Of a DNA stretch of 64,000 nt, positions 1-13,900 are shown in pieces. A program made the translations under genes and the position numbers. Origin of the DNA: Antedon mediterranea (lineage: Eukaryota > Animalia > Echinodermata); the NCBI RefSeq assembly GCF_964355755.1, contig NC_092679.1, positions 7,284,201-7,348,200 on the forward strand, read 5' to 3'. Numbering within the stretch: position 1 is the first letter of the stretch; each line of letters opens with the position of its first letter. The notes under the pieces were generated by a model, which was not told where the DNA came from, searched no databases, and saw nothing but the letters and a program-made list of their open reading frames with translations.

Positions 1-270
1 GATTTAAATATTGTTTTAATTACACACTAGACACTAGTGATATGTCTATATGAAAAAAGGCAACGAAATCTAAATTTGCAACATTTTGAATAAACCCATT
101 TGGGCGTGGCCCTAAAATGTTGCTGTTTGGCGCCCTGTACAGGATAAAGTTGCTGTCATTGGTGATGTAATCATTAGTAGCCCACTGCGAATGATATCCA
201 AAAAAGTTTATCCTTGTATCGCTTCACATGAATAAATGCATTTTTACCCCCCTATGTTATGATCCCCACA

Positions 271-1562
271 TAGCCTGGGTGCAGTACAAATTTTGCGGGA
301 AAAAAGTATAGGAAAATGTTTTTCTTTTTTTTCTGATAGAGTATACCATATAGAATGTCAGAAAAAAAATCCCCATCCCAGGGTCTTGGGTAAAAGTTTT
401 TACGGCACTTTTAAATTTTGGCCTATATAACACACACAAATGCCTATTAACACACACAAATACCTATATATAGGGGATAGGGAAAACCAATTCACATTTT
501 TTTTAACTTGGAGTTGTGTTATGATGATTAAAATTTGCTGAGGCTTACTTTAATAACTACTTCTCATAGTAGTTGATAAATCGAGTCGATAACAATGACA
601 TCATAATGCCAGAATCCAATATGGCGTCCAATTTGGCGGAAAAAACAGGGTATTGCTAAACCCCGCAAACCCTTGCAAACCTCCAAAAAAACATAGCAAA
701 CCCCACCGAACCAACATAAAAGTGATTGAATCATGTAGTGTACGACCCACTGGGTATATCCATGTAAAAAAAAAAAAAATTCTACTGTTAACTACTTATT
801 TTTGGGGTAAAACATCATTTTTTAGTCAAAAATGATTGCTAAACCCTGCAAACCTCCAAAAAAACATAGCAAACCCCACCGAACGAACATAATAAAAGTG
901 ATTGAATCATGTAGTGTACGACCCACTGGGTATATCCATGTTTTTAAAAAAATAAAATTTATACTGTTAAATACTTATTTTTGGGGTAAAACATCATTTT
1001 TTGGTAAAAAATGATTGCTAATTTTTAACCAAAACATGATGTTTTATCCCAAAAATAAGTAGTTAACAGTAGAAATTTTAATTTTTTTTACATGGACATA
1101 CCCAGTGGGGCGTACACTCCATGATTCAATCACTTTTATTATGTTGGTTCGGTGGGGTTTTCTATGTTTTTTTTTTAGGTTTCCAGGGATTGCGGGGGTT
1201 TAGCAATACCCTGTTTTCCCCGCCAATTTAGACGCCATATTGGATTCTGGCATGATGATGTCATCGTATCGACTACTATGAGAAGTAGTTATTAAAGTAA
1301 GCCTCTACTAATTTTAATCATTAAAACACAACTGCAAGTAACAAAAACTGTTAATTGATTTTCCCTATCCCCTATATATAGGTATTTGTGTATGTTAATA
1401 GGAATTTGTGTGTGTTATATAGGCCAAAATTTAAAAGTGCCATAAAAACTTTTCCCCAAGACCCTGGGATGGGGATTTTTTTTCTGACATTCCATATGGT
1501 ATACTCTTTTCCTATACTTTTTTCCTGCAAATGTGTATAATAATTGTTCTGCACCCAGGCTA
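271..1562. mobile_element. Foldback / long inverted-repeat element with an internal ~180 bp tandem duplication in the left arm
   Basis: tagcctgggtgcag (271) vs ctgcacccaggcta (1549-1562); the arms stay reverse-complementary inward to a centre at ~1013-1020; 652-835 is repeated at 835-1020. Confidence 0.8.
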
Positions 1563-1879
1563 CAGTAGGCCCCATGTACAGGCTGTGACTCGGCAGCAAT
1601 GTCGAATATTGCATCTCGCCCTAATACGCACCTAACTAAACCATCAAACCTTTTGTATCTTTTCACATGAATAAATCTTCCGGGCGCCCGGTCTAGTAAT
1701 AAAACAGTGTGAATGTTTGACTTATATATTTTTATCAAACCTTACTTTCTGAAATATAATATATAATTCATCAAATTTCTCCATAAATGTAAAACTTCTT
1801 TTGTTTCTAAACATAACTCTCAAAGATGTATTAAATATTCATTATCCTTAATATAAACAAAATATTTTTTTTCTTTCAG

Positions 1880-1936
1880 ATGACCATTGAAGAATCCCAA
1901 GTTGTATGTTCAGAAGCTAATGTTTCACTACATTTC
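1880..1936 (+). CDS. RTK internal exon ([19 protein letters not shown])
   Basis: Poly-T acceptor ttctttcag, donor gtaagt, open frame, phase fits the next exon. Confidence 0.65.
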
Positions 1937-4900
1937 GTAAGTTCTGTATTGTAAATTGATGGATAGAACCTTAGAGTAAATCAATTACAATGCCTACGTA
2001 GATGTTTGTGTACAGTTTCATTTTCCGGCGTCATCGTCAATTCTTGATTCTTGCTTCCATTTACATTATCAGTTGTTTAAATGATACTGGAGTATCTAAT
2101 GTACTACTAAACTAGGTACTCTATATGCTGATATTTAATTTCATTCTGTCCTTTGGTTCAGTGTGCATGTAAACCTTTTAAAACTATTCATTATATTCAC
2201 AGAGAATTTTCCAAATTGAGTGCCAAAGTACTAATAATAGCAAATGTACTTATTGATGGAATACAGATTGTTTATGACTGCGCAAATTTTTCATTCAAAT
2301 CTTTGCTAATTTATTGAATTTTTAATAAAATGAATTGCGAGTAGTTAACACACTACTGCTACTTACAATTCTTTGTAAAATCAAAACTCTATTAAATAAC
2401 CAGGATGTTCTCTAGGCTAATTTAACTTCATAAAGAATGTGTTTATTTTCCTGCATGTAAAGTAGTCTATTTAATTAATCTATTGTTTTTGTATTTTGAT
2501 TCAGAGCTCTGAAAAAGAAATACTTGAAAATAGATCCTCAAGTTTAAACAGTAAGTAATTTATAAAGTAGATCTTGTATCAGTTGGTCACTACATCTTAA
2601 TGATGCTGTGATGCCCTCTATTTTACTTTAGTGTTTAAATTTATCTACGCAGTTTTGATGATTGTTTCAGAAATGTTTTCTCTTAAGAGTTAGGTTCATC
2701 TTATGTTGTGCATGTAGTGGTATCTGAAACAAGTTGTTTTTTTTACTTTGAAATGTCAAACAGTAATTATTAATTTATCATCCAAGAATTGATTCCACCA
2801 ATTAGATATAAGCACACTAGGTAGATATCAAGTCCTTTTGAAATGTTTATAAATATGTCGATTATAGTTACTGTCAAATTTATATTAACTACATGTTGCG
2901 TCAATTGGCAACACCATTTTACAAAAATCAATTCTGCATACAAAGATTATTGAGTACTTTATACTGGTTAATGACCTGTTTTACATTGATGTCTCTAAGT
3001 CTCTAATTAAGAATCTCATCAATAAAAAAATCCATACAACTCAAGACTACAATAATTAATGACTTCTCCAATTAAGGACCTCTCCAGTTAAATACTACTC
3101 TAATTAATAATAATAATTCAGACTTATATAGCGCATTATTAGGGTATTATTAGTAAAAATAAAATGCCAGAGAATTTAGAAAAATAGGAACCCAAGCTTA
3201 AGAGTAGGTAAACTTTTACTAGGGTAGATGAACTTGAACAACTTGAAAGGGAAATATCTTTCTATTTGCCATTCATATCCAGAAAGACAGAACTTTGTAT
3301 AATAAGTTTGCTGTTTAATTTGTCCACGTGGGAATCACAATAAATTATTAGGCAAATAAATTCCTTTGTAGCTTTGTGACATAAAGATAATTGGCACAAA
3401 ATTATTATATATCATATCATTTAATTATACTTTAACAGGCATAGAGAAACTCAATTATATACTGGAAATTAAGTAATTATAACTGTGTAAATCACTAATG
3501 GTTCCAAAACTCATTTATACTGTAACTAAGATACCTTACCTCTAATTAAAAGTTTTTTTTCGTGTGTGCATGTTCTTTCTTTTTTCTTTTTATTTTTGCA
3601 AATTTTAATGTATTGTTATGTACCAGTCAAAATAAAATTTTACAATTTTACTCTGGAGAATACAAAATCATTGGAGTATAATAGCGTTGAGTCATAATTA
3701 TTTGTTATGTTAAATTCTTAGAACGTATGAATCAAAATTATTTAAATTGCTCTTGTTCTGCAGTGTGGTAATAATTATACCATTTAATTATTGTGAGAAA
3801 TTTAATTTTCAATTAGACTGTTTTGTGTTATCTTTTTCTAGAAGAGAGTAATGAATGAATGAGAGCAGATGGTTTAGATACAAGATAGATTATTTGAAGT
3901 TCTTCTGATCTGAATATGTTGTAGTTTTCAGCTCTGACTTTCTTAAATTCTCCCCAAGTTTAATATTCCAGCTGTGTTAGCACAATACTTGATACACTTA
4001 CTGCATTCCTCATCTTTTCTTCCTCATTTTGTAGCGAACTATACAGCTTTTTTACTGCTAGGTATGCAAATGATCAGTACTACTAAATACCACCAATGTA
4101 TGTACTCAACCCCTAGCCTCACTAAATATAACTGAACCTAAAGCTCTGTCTACACTATCAAACTAGTTTGACAAAAAAGTGTGATGTGCCCAAATATGTT
4201 AGCGGTGATATGTCCATCATATCATGTCCAAATATAGGCACATTACATTTTATTGTCATATAAAGTTTGACAGTGTAGACAAGGCTTTACCCTCTAAATA
4301 TTCTGTTTCAGAGAATACTAAAGTGTGTTAGCACCCTAACCTAAGGGTGTGTGGTACTATTTATATATATAGAGATGTGTGATGCATGTGGTATCTAGTA
4401 AGACTGTTTGTAACTACCTACAGTCGTTTGTATATGTCCCATGCTTAACAACTTTATATAGACTTAAATAGTAGTCTCAGTGGCATATATTCCAAATAAA
4501 AGTAACTCTTTTTTTTGTATTAAGATGGATGTGGCAGTCTTCATTTAGATGAACTACGCCCTGACAATAATCCACCAGATTTGGTTGAACTCAATTGGCA
4601 ATTTGTGAAGAATATGTGCAATACATTGAATGTGTTTGTGATTCAACTAAAAATAGAAAATAAAGAAAAGAAACAACGGGTGACCAGAGATTGGAAGACG
4701 GTTCCAGATTTAGTTGTATGTTTTACATAGAGGAATTATTATTAAATCAAAAGCAAAATTACTGACAAAATTACAATGTTGATTTGATTTGATTTGATTT
4801 ATTTTGGCACCAGTACATAAAAAATCACAGACATACAATTAAAAATAGCAAATATAAAAAACCATGAATAAAACAAGAAAGGATGCCAAGGATAACTCAT

Positions 4901-7900
4901 AAAAGTCCTCTATGGACTTGTTTCCAATGAGGTCCTTTGAAAGAACAGCAAAAAGACATACAATGAAACATATAAAAATTACAAAAAAAACAGCAAAGGG
5001 ACTATCAAAAATAGAAGAAGCGCTTATTAAATAGTTTCTAATGCTAGTGTACGTTCCTGTAGATACTTTTTAACTTTACTTTTAAAACAACAAACAGTTT
5101 GTGATTCCTTAATGTTAATTGGTAAATTATTCCATTCTTTAATAGCATTGTAAAAAAAGGTCACATGTGCCATTGGCTTGATAGTTGGAATTCTAAAATT
5201 AAAATTGCATCCCCTAGTATTGTAATTATGACTGTCTGAAATTCTAATAAAACGATTACATAAATAAGGTGGACAACAATGATTATATATTTTAAAAACA
5301 TGACAGACTCTAAGAAATTCGACACGATTTTGGACTTTTAACATACCAACGTCGTTTAGCTGAGATTGACCAATATGTGATCGGGGACCTAACTTTTTTA
5401 TAAAACGAACCATTTTGTTTTGAGTCGTTTGTAATTTTGATTTTAAATTTTTATTTACCGTAGAAGACCATGAGCAAACCGAACAATCGAACATCGGTTG
5501 GATTAAAGCAAAACTAAGAATTTTGCGACAATGTGAATTAAGAAATGATGATTGGCGGTACAGAAATTTCTGTCTGCCGTTTGCTTTGTTTATAACAGAG
5601 CGGGCAACGACGTCACCTGATACATTTTGGTCAATCTCAATACCTAGATATTTGATAGACTTTGATCCATTTATAGTCATTCCAAAGCAATCTATATTGA
5701 ATTTGTTTACTTTGCTTAATCTACGTTTAGAACCAAACAAGATGCATTCGGTCTTACCCATATGAAGCGAAAGTTGATTGTCGATCAGTAGCTGAATCTC
5801 AATGGAGATACAAATAAAATAACAGGGCCGTACGCAGGGGGGGGGGGGGCAACGGGTGCGTACGCACCCCCCAAATTGCAAAAGGTCCACATTTTATAGG
5901 GTCTTAAAATAAATCGGTAGTGTATTATACATTATATTACGAAAATGGTCCAAAATATATTAATCCGCACCCACCCACCCTGAATAAGCACTGAAAAATG
6001 ACAATGCCGTCGGTATCAGTGGCTGGATCTCAATGGAGATACAAGATAAAATAAGCAAAAACTAAATCAAACAGAAATTGCAGATCTTTCAGGTAGCACT
6101 GGCTCTTCCTCATAAGTGAGAGAGTACTTGGAAAAAAGAGTTAACTAACTCTATAACTGTGATATCCCGTTTCTACCATCAACATAATCAGTGACCTTTT
6201 AATAATTGTACATAAAGCTTTATTGATTTAACTGAATGCTTAGGAAGATATTATAATTGATTTTGATTTTTTTTTTTCAACATAGATTATTAATTCCATG
6301 CATCATGTATTGCGGAAATTAGTGGAATGTTTTTACTTAATACGAGTAGTAGCTGTCAATAATGAAGGAATTCAAGCAATAAGTAATGTAGTCAACTACA
6401 CAGGTAAACATTTATTTTGAAAAAGAAAAAGGCAGATGTCTTAACTTCTGTAATTGAATAACGGTTATGTCTCAAAGTCACAAATTATTTGTCTGTTCAA
6501 CAATTACTGATTTCTTCTACACATATTAATTGGACCACAACCAGGGGGAACAGAGGTGGTTCCAAGATTTTTTTAAACAGGGAAGCGTACTAGCCTATAA
6601 TATTATTGTCTTTCTAAAATCAATTTCAAAATGTAGTTAAATAATAATCCATAGCGCTACCCCAGTTAGTAAGTATCCGCTCCTGAGGAAACGGTCTTAA
6701 TTTTGTGAAAATATGTTAAACTGTAAATTTTCTGTTAAAGGGTGAAATAAGCATCTCCACTTTTATAAAATGGTCCTTCCTGTTAGTATCAAGCCACATT
6801 TTGTTTATAGTCGATTTTTTATTGAATTGAAATATTAATGCATAATATTTCTCATCTGTACCATATCTCATCTAAATACCACAAAATCGCAATAATTCTT
6901 TACTTATTCATAATCGTCTGAATAACTGAAACTGTTTGTAGAAGGAATGAAATATTAATACATAATATTGCCAGCCTGATTTGTACACAGTAATATCTCC
7001 ATTTTATTTATTATATTAAAAGTTTTTTTAACACCACAAAATCGTTGTAATTCCTCCCTTAATCATTTTCTACTAAATTCTTTTTCCAATCTCTATGCTT
7101 CATGCTTATAATATTATCTTTTTCCAGCCTATCCGGTGCCTATTAATCCGTCTATTATATTTTCAAATTCAAATAACAATTTATATGCTATGATCGATTT
7201 GAAGCCTTATGTTGGTAAGTCATGTCACATAAATTTATTTTTTAATGTAATTTTATTATATTTGGTTTCCATAAAACGAATTATTTAGTTAAAAAACTAA
7301 TTGAAATTCTATATATGAATGTGAAATATTCCTTGCTACTAGCATTTATAATATAATTATTCATTTTTTTAAATTAATTCCCTGCCTGAGCTACTTATAA
7401 AATCCCCCTCAGTCAATATATTTAATTCGTGCCTATTTAAGGCTACTTGGCACTAACCTCAACTTTTTACATCAAATATTAAGTGTATAAAAAATAATTT
7501 TAAAGAAAAAAAATTTGACTTTAGCACAATAACATGCAAGCAAATCATAAGCGTAATGTCAGAATGACAGAAAACGTTTGAGGAGAGAGAGAGAGAGTCC
7601 TCATTGTTGTTTTCATATTTTTTCCATAGGATGGGAGAATACACTACATTATTGGAATGTAAAAATAGATAAAACTGGAAGTGAAAACCCATTTGCTCCA
7701 AAATTTCCTAAGGTAAATAAATTCTTTATTATTTGTATAATTTTGTTTTATCTTGTAGCACAAATATTTTAATATTTAAGTATTTTTTTACAGAGTCTTA
7801 CACATCTAACAAATGAAACACAATCTGATTGGCTGGGAGAAACTAGTAATCTCATTGGTCACTCATTTATATTTACTGTGAGTTGAAAATAATCTTTATT

Positions 7901-10900
7901 ATTTCTACTAAAAACCAGACTCCCTGAAAAGTGCTAAATGTTTTCCTATGATGTAGAATTCATTCCAAGTACCAAAATGTCTAGCAATCATTTTAAGCCA
8001 ATTCAAAGTTGTTAGTTTTGGAAAAGAGTGCGGTAGTGTAAGTAAAACCCTTCTACTATTTAACAGCCAAATGAAATAAATGCTGCATAAACATTATTCA
8101 GTCTTTTTGTTTTCATCTCTACAAATGAGCTACTAAGCTTTTTGGGCTAGGTGCGGTTAAGACAGTGGAACCGTAATTACCTAGCCATAACATCATAAGG
8201 GTGCGAGGCTCATACACTCCATGGTTCTGGTGGTAGAATGAGTTGTACACACACAGTCACCAATCATAACTGGGCCCTCTAGAAGAGGTCACCCAGTATA
8301 AATAAATAATAATAAATAAATAAAGGTTCTAAAAAAGTAGTTCTCTTTTATATCATCTTTTGCTTGTTTCCATTCTTTCAGTTTGAACCTGTCTGTATTT
8401 GTGTATCTCATAAAGCAGTAATAGAAGTTGTGAAAGTTGAATATGGTGAGCGTGGCCTAATAGAACCTCAACAGTCAATAGGTAGTTACCAACATATTTA
8501 TATATTTGAATTTGTATGTATAGTAGTGCTTCTGTTTATTACTATGTGACTGCTTTGTTGTATGAGTTTGAGCAAAATGAATTTAAGTCTTGACCATGGA
8601 TTGGGTGTAAAGCATTATTATTTTGATGTCGGATCTGTTTACCAAATTTTGTAATGTTTTTAATATCATTGAACAATTTTTTATTTATTTTGATTGTTAT
8701 CTCAAATTTTGTAAGGTTTTTTAATAATATATAAAATATCAAAACTTTATTTATTTTCATTTTAGCACATGATTCATCGCTACGGTCCAACGACCTCGAG
8801 ATCCAACAGTATCCCGACATCAGAAACTCAACTATATCTGTTTACGTTGAATGGACAAAATGGAAAGAAGAAATGCCCGCTACTGCTCTTGACAAAATAA
8901 CATCATTTATTGTACATTGGGGTAACGCAACAAATGAAGGAATTATGATAACAATTATAAAAACTGAAGGAGAAGTTGAATTACCACCAGTAAGTTAAAT
9001 TTCTAGAATTTAATTTCTTAAATATACTATAAATAAAAAAGGTTATATAGTTCTGTCTACACTATCAAACTAGTTTGACAAAAAAGGTGTGGTGTGCCCA
9101 AATGTACTGGTGATATGCCCAAATATGGTAGTGATATGATGTCATCGTATCCATATATGGATCCATACTTGTTCAAAATATTCTTTTTTTTTTTACAATT
9201 AAAAGCACATTCAGAATACCAGACATATTAGGCCAGGTGTTGACTGTATTGCATGAACACCCACACTTTACAAAATGATACATGTTGATATAGCTATACC
9301 AATATTCTTTCCACAGGATCAATTCAACATTACTTTACATGGCTTGTTACCAAATACTGACTATGGAATACAGGTATTACTTCTTTCATTCTTACTAGAT
9401 GGAATTATTGCCCATAAATTTACCTTTCTTCCAAGACTAACAACCCTAATTATGTTTTACCATTCACATTTGGAATGTTATTAGACAGATGGTTGGACTT
9501 GTACCTGCTATTTTAATTCTATAAAAACTTATAATAATAATATAAAAGGCATTATATTTAAATCAATGTTTGACTGGAAAAATGTATATATTATTATTAT
9601 GTATTAATGATAATCAAATATTACTTTAAAGGTCATAGTACGGAGAGGGAGTACTGAGCAGTTGAACTATAACATGTTCCATGCAACAGAATTCACTACA
9701 AGTAAGTTTTTATAATTATTAATCAACAATTTCTTAATTTCTTACTGCTCCTCTTTAGCCCATTCTCCCCCACCCCCCTCACCTGATTTCTAGCCGTCTT
9801 CTTCTCCCATTTCTACTCCTCTCTTTCACCCTAATCCTACCCCTTTACCCTATTTTCTACCATAATGACTTGTATATTTATATCAGCTTTGTGTATGTGT
9901 TATGATTGTTTGTTTGTGTAGACTAAGTGTTTTACCATTAATATAGCTAAATCTTTGAATACAATTCTACAAAACAAAAATTTATTTTTCATTCATGTTT
10001 CAGTTCCTGTACCAGAACCAACAACACTCTTCCCAGAAGTCGTAACTTATGTCACACTGAAGCAACATAAGCCAACGTCTTCTAGGTCTTTATCATTGAC
10101 TGATTCACCGTCATCTAGTGCCTTACAGCTCGTCATTCCATTGTGTTTCCTTGCCGTGTTGTTGCTTGTCACTGCAGCCATATGCTGTCGTTGTATAATA
10201 AAATATCGAACCGATCACAAATCGCTGTTACCTGGTGAGGAAATGGTGTTGAATCTGTACGAGACTTACGCACAGACCCAGAGCACGCTCCAACAGCAAA
10301 GGTTTCTTTATTGTTATGTTATCATTTTTAGCCACATTGCCCATAGTGTCTCATTGATATTAGGCAGGAAATTCACATGACAAACATTAATGCGCATTAT
10401 ATTTAAAATGTTAATGTTACCAGCAATTTGAGAGTGTGTGGGAGAATAGCATTATGCACACAAGATGCTCTACATGAACATAGTCTTTAAGATGGTTTGT
10501 TTTTATTATGAGAACAATCTTAGACTTAGATGAGATTCAAACCTAGGAAACCAATTATTTGTACTATTATTTCTCTGTCATCTTGGGGTTGAACTGCCTT
10601 TGTAAAACTATTATATTTAGTAAAATAATAAAAGAATAAGAAATAAGAATAAGGGAAAATTTCTATTATTATTGGCTTCACATCAGAACAATAAAAAAAA
10701 TTTTTAAAATACAGTATGGTTTTAAGTATTAGTCCTAAAATCAGTTCTCTATAAATCTAATGATAAATGTATTCTATTTTCTTGTCAGTCCACTAGCTCC
10801 GGATCGATGGGAATTACCAAGCTCTTGCTTAAAGATTCAGGAGGTACTGGGTGAAGGGGCATTTGGACAAGTTACTAAAGCTATAGTTGAAAGGTGTTGG

Positions 10901-13900
10901 TTAAGGAATTCGCATATGGCTAAGGGCAGCAATAGTGACACACTGGTTGTAGCAGTGAAGGCTCTACATGGTAAGATCATGGAGGTATAAGATAAAACTG
11001 GTGAGAGTGTGATCACCACTACATGCTGGGTTGGAATAGGAACTTAAATAAAGAATGATCACTACATGCTGGGTTGGAATAGGAACTTAAATAAAGAATG
11101 ATCACTACATGCTGGGTTGGAATAGGAACTTAAATAAAGAATGATCACTACGTGCTGGGTTGGGATAGAAACTTAAGCAGTAAAGAATGATCACTACATG
11201 CTGGGTTGGGATAGAAACTTAAGCAGTAAAGAATGATCATTACATGCTAGGATAGGAACTTAAATAAAGAATGATCATTACATGCTGGGTTAGGATAGAA
11301 ACTTAAGCAGTAAAGAATGATCACTACATGCTGCGTTGGGATAGAAACTTAAGCAGTAAAGAATGATCAATACATGCTGTGTTGGGATAGAAACTCAAGC
11401 AGTAAAGAATGATCACTACATGCTGGGTTGGGATAGAAACTTAAGCAGTAAAGAATGATCACTACATGCTGGGTTGGGATAGAAACTTAAGCAGTAAAGA
11501 ATGATCACTACATGCTGGGTTGGGATAGAAACTTAAGCAGTAAAGAATGATCACTACATGCTGGGTTGGGATAGAAACTTAAGCAGTAAAGAATGATCAC
11601 TACATGCTGGGTTGGGATAGAAACTTAAGCAGTAAAGAATGATCACTACATGCTGGGTTGGGATAGAAACTTAAGCAGTAAAGAATGATCACTACATGCT
11701 GGGTTGGGATAGAAACTTAAGCAGTAAAGAATGATCACTACATGCTGGGTTGGGATAGAAACTTAAGCAGTAAAGAATGATCACTACATGCTGGGTTGGG
11801 ATAGAAACAAAATTTGGCAATATTCTGCCATAAAAACCAGCAAGACCTTTTTTCAGTAGTTAGGTAGTTAACCTAATGTAATAACATGTCTGGTGACTCC
11901 CTAGAAGGTGAAAAAAGATTGTGGATATATGGTGGATAATTTTTGCTATAGCATGAAAATGAAAATATAAAGTTGAATAAAAATACCAGAAATGTAAAAT
12001 TCAAGTTCCTATATTTAGTGATCTGATAACATTTTTTACCACACCGTTTAGTTTTCATAGCTTTTTAAATTGCCTCTCTATTTACAAAATTTGTGTACAA
12101 AAGAATAGAGATTTTACTGTGTAATTTGAACTATCCCCCCACTGATAAGAAAGTGCTTATTTTCAACTAGCTTGTGTGACACAAATAAAATCCCAAAAAA
12201 TTATGAAACATAGGGGAAACTATAGATCCATAGTTATTGGAATGTATGATCAATAGAAATGTTTTGCCCGTACCTGGCCTTTAAATCAATGGGTTATTCA
12301 ATATCATTCATTTGGAAAAGAACATACTGTAATATGTTATTACAACATTCAGGCATATTTCATGTCATTTTATTAAACATTTCTTTAAAACATTTATCAA
12401 GGATTTGCTGAATATGACGAAAGACAAAACTTCCGACGTGAAATTGAACTTATGAAAGATCTAGGACATCATCCGAACGTTGTAAGTCTGTTGGCATGCT
12501 GCACTCGTGAAGAACCCATGTGCCTCGTGGTTGAACATTGTGAACATGGAAATCTGTTGAACTATCTAAGAAATCACAGAAATAAGGTAAGTTATAGCGT
12601 GTTAATTTTATGTCTAAATGTTGCCTGGTTCACTTGCCATATTTAATTGGGAAATATTTTGAAAATCTGTTAAGATTTTTATATTACAAATTTATTAACA
12701 CAAGTAATACAACAACATGTTAAAAAGTTGTCAATCGAATATGCCACCTGACATAGATGAAATGTATGTTATATCCAGGCATAAATCTGTTGAACTCTAT
12801 CCATTTAATATATTCTATTCCAAACTTGATGCTGAAAATACATACAGGTATTACTTACTAAGTATTGAAATTTAAATTATTTTAATTATTAAACTTTTAG
12901 GAGATGCAAATTGATGGTTTAAATAGTAACTTGAGTTCACTTACACCAAAGGATCTTTTGTCTTTTGCAAGACAAGTTGCATTAGGAATGGTAAGTACAT
13001 TCTAGTAATCATTCAAGCAATACTGCAAATTTTAATCTGTAAATGCGTTGCCGTGCAGCTCATGTAACCGCAGTGTAGCATAAAAAAACAGACATACTTC
13101 TGGTGTAATGCAGGAACAATTGTAATTATAATCGTCCTTGTACTGAGGAACTGAGAAATTTGTATTAGGCACTGGACAGGCAGCAGTACCACCTACCCTT
13201 AGTAGGTTACAAAATTCTTTTAACATGCACTGTATGTATGCTTTTACACCCATCGAAAGCTGTAGGCAATAAGAGTAAAGAATCTTTCCTAAGAATACAA
13301 GCAATTTGCCACATTTGTCTCTCACAGGTATTGTCTCTCACATGCCCATCCAATTCTTTACCATTTGTCATATATCAGTACCCGATGTTCCCAGATGGTT
13401 CACCGGGCCCAACATTACTTCAGGAGTCTAACAAGACTAGTGCTTCAACTTGATATTGCTATATAATTGTAAATATTATGCTTTTGAATCATGTTGCTTT
13501 AATTTTATTTTAGGAATATCTATCTCAAAAAGGGTTTGTTCATCGTGATCTGGCTGCGAGGAATATACTAGTAGCAGATAACAAGATTGCTAAGATTGGT
13601 GATTTTGGTCTAACTCGCTACATTTACAGCGACAAACTATACCTCAACAGAAGAGGAGGAAAGTTACCAATTAAATGGATGTCAATTGAAGCCATCTTTG
13701 ATCATGTTTTCACAAATAAATCTGATGTGTAAGTAACACTAAAAACATTTATAAATCACAGCACCTTGGATCATTCAAGCCAGTTGCCATTTCTACAGGT
13801 GGGTTATTTTTTCCCAACAAAATACATGAACTGCGGCTATTTGAAAAGCGTACTTCAGGAACCAACCAACCTCCAAACTATCCACCCTTTAACAACAAGG

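Noticed and set aside
257-1738. Paired similar short ORFs on both strands
   Set aside because: By-products of the foldback arms and the internal duplication
1880-1882. ATG as the RTK start codon
   Set aside because: It directly follows a strong splice acceptor and no signal peptide follows, so the true start is probably upstream of the window
5791-5890. N-terminus of the 287 aa ORF as a real protein start
   Set aside because: Comes from flanking non-LINE sequence fused in frame to a truncated RT fragment
11011-11808. CRISPR-like array (also 49.3, 55.4, 60.7 and 61.7 kb)
   Set aside because: Head-to-tail units without unique spacers, no cas genes, eukaryotic intron context
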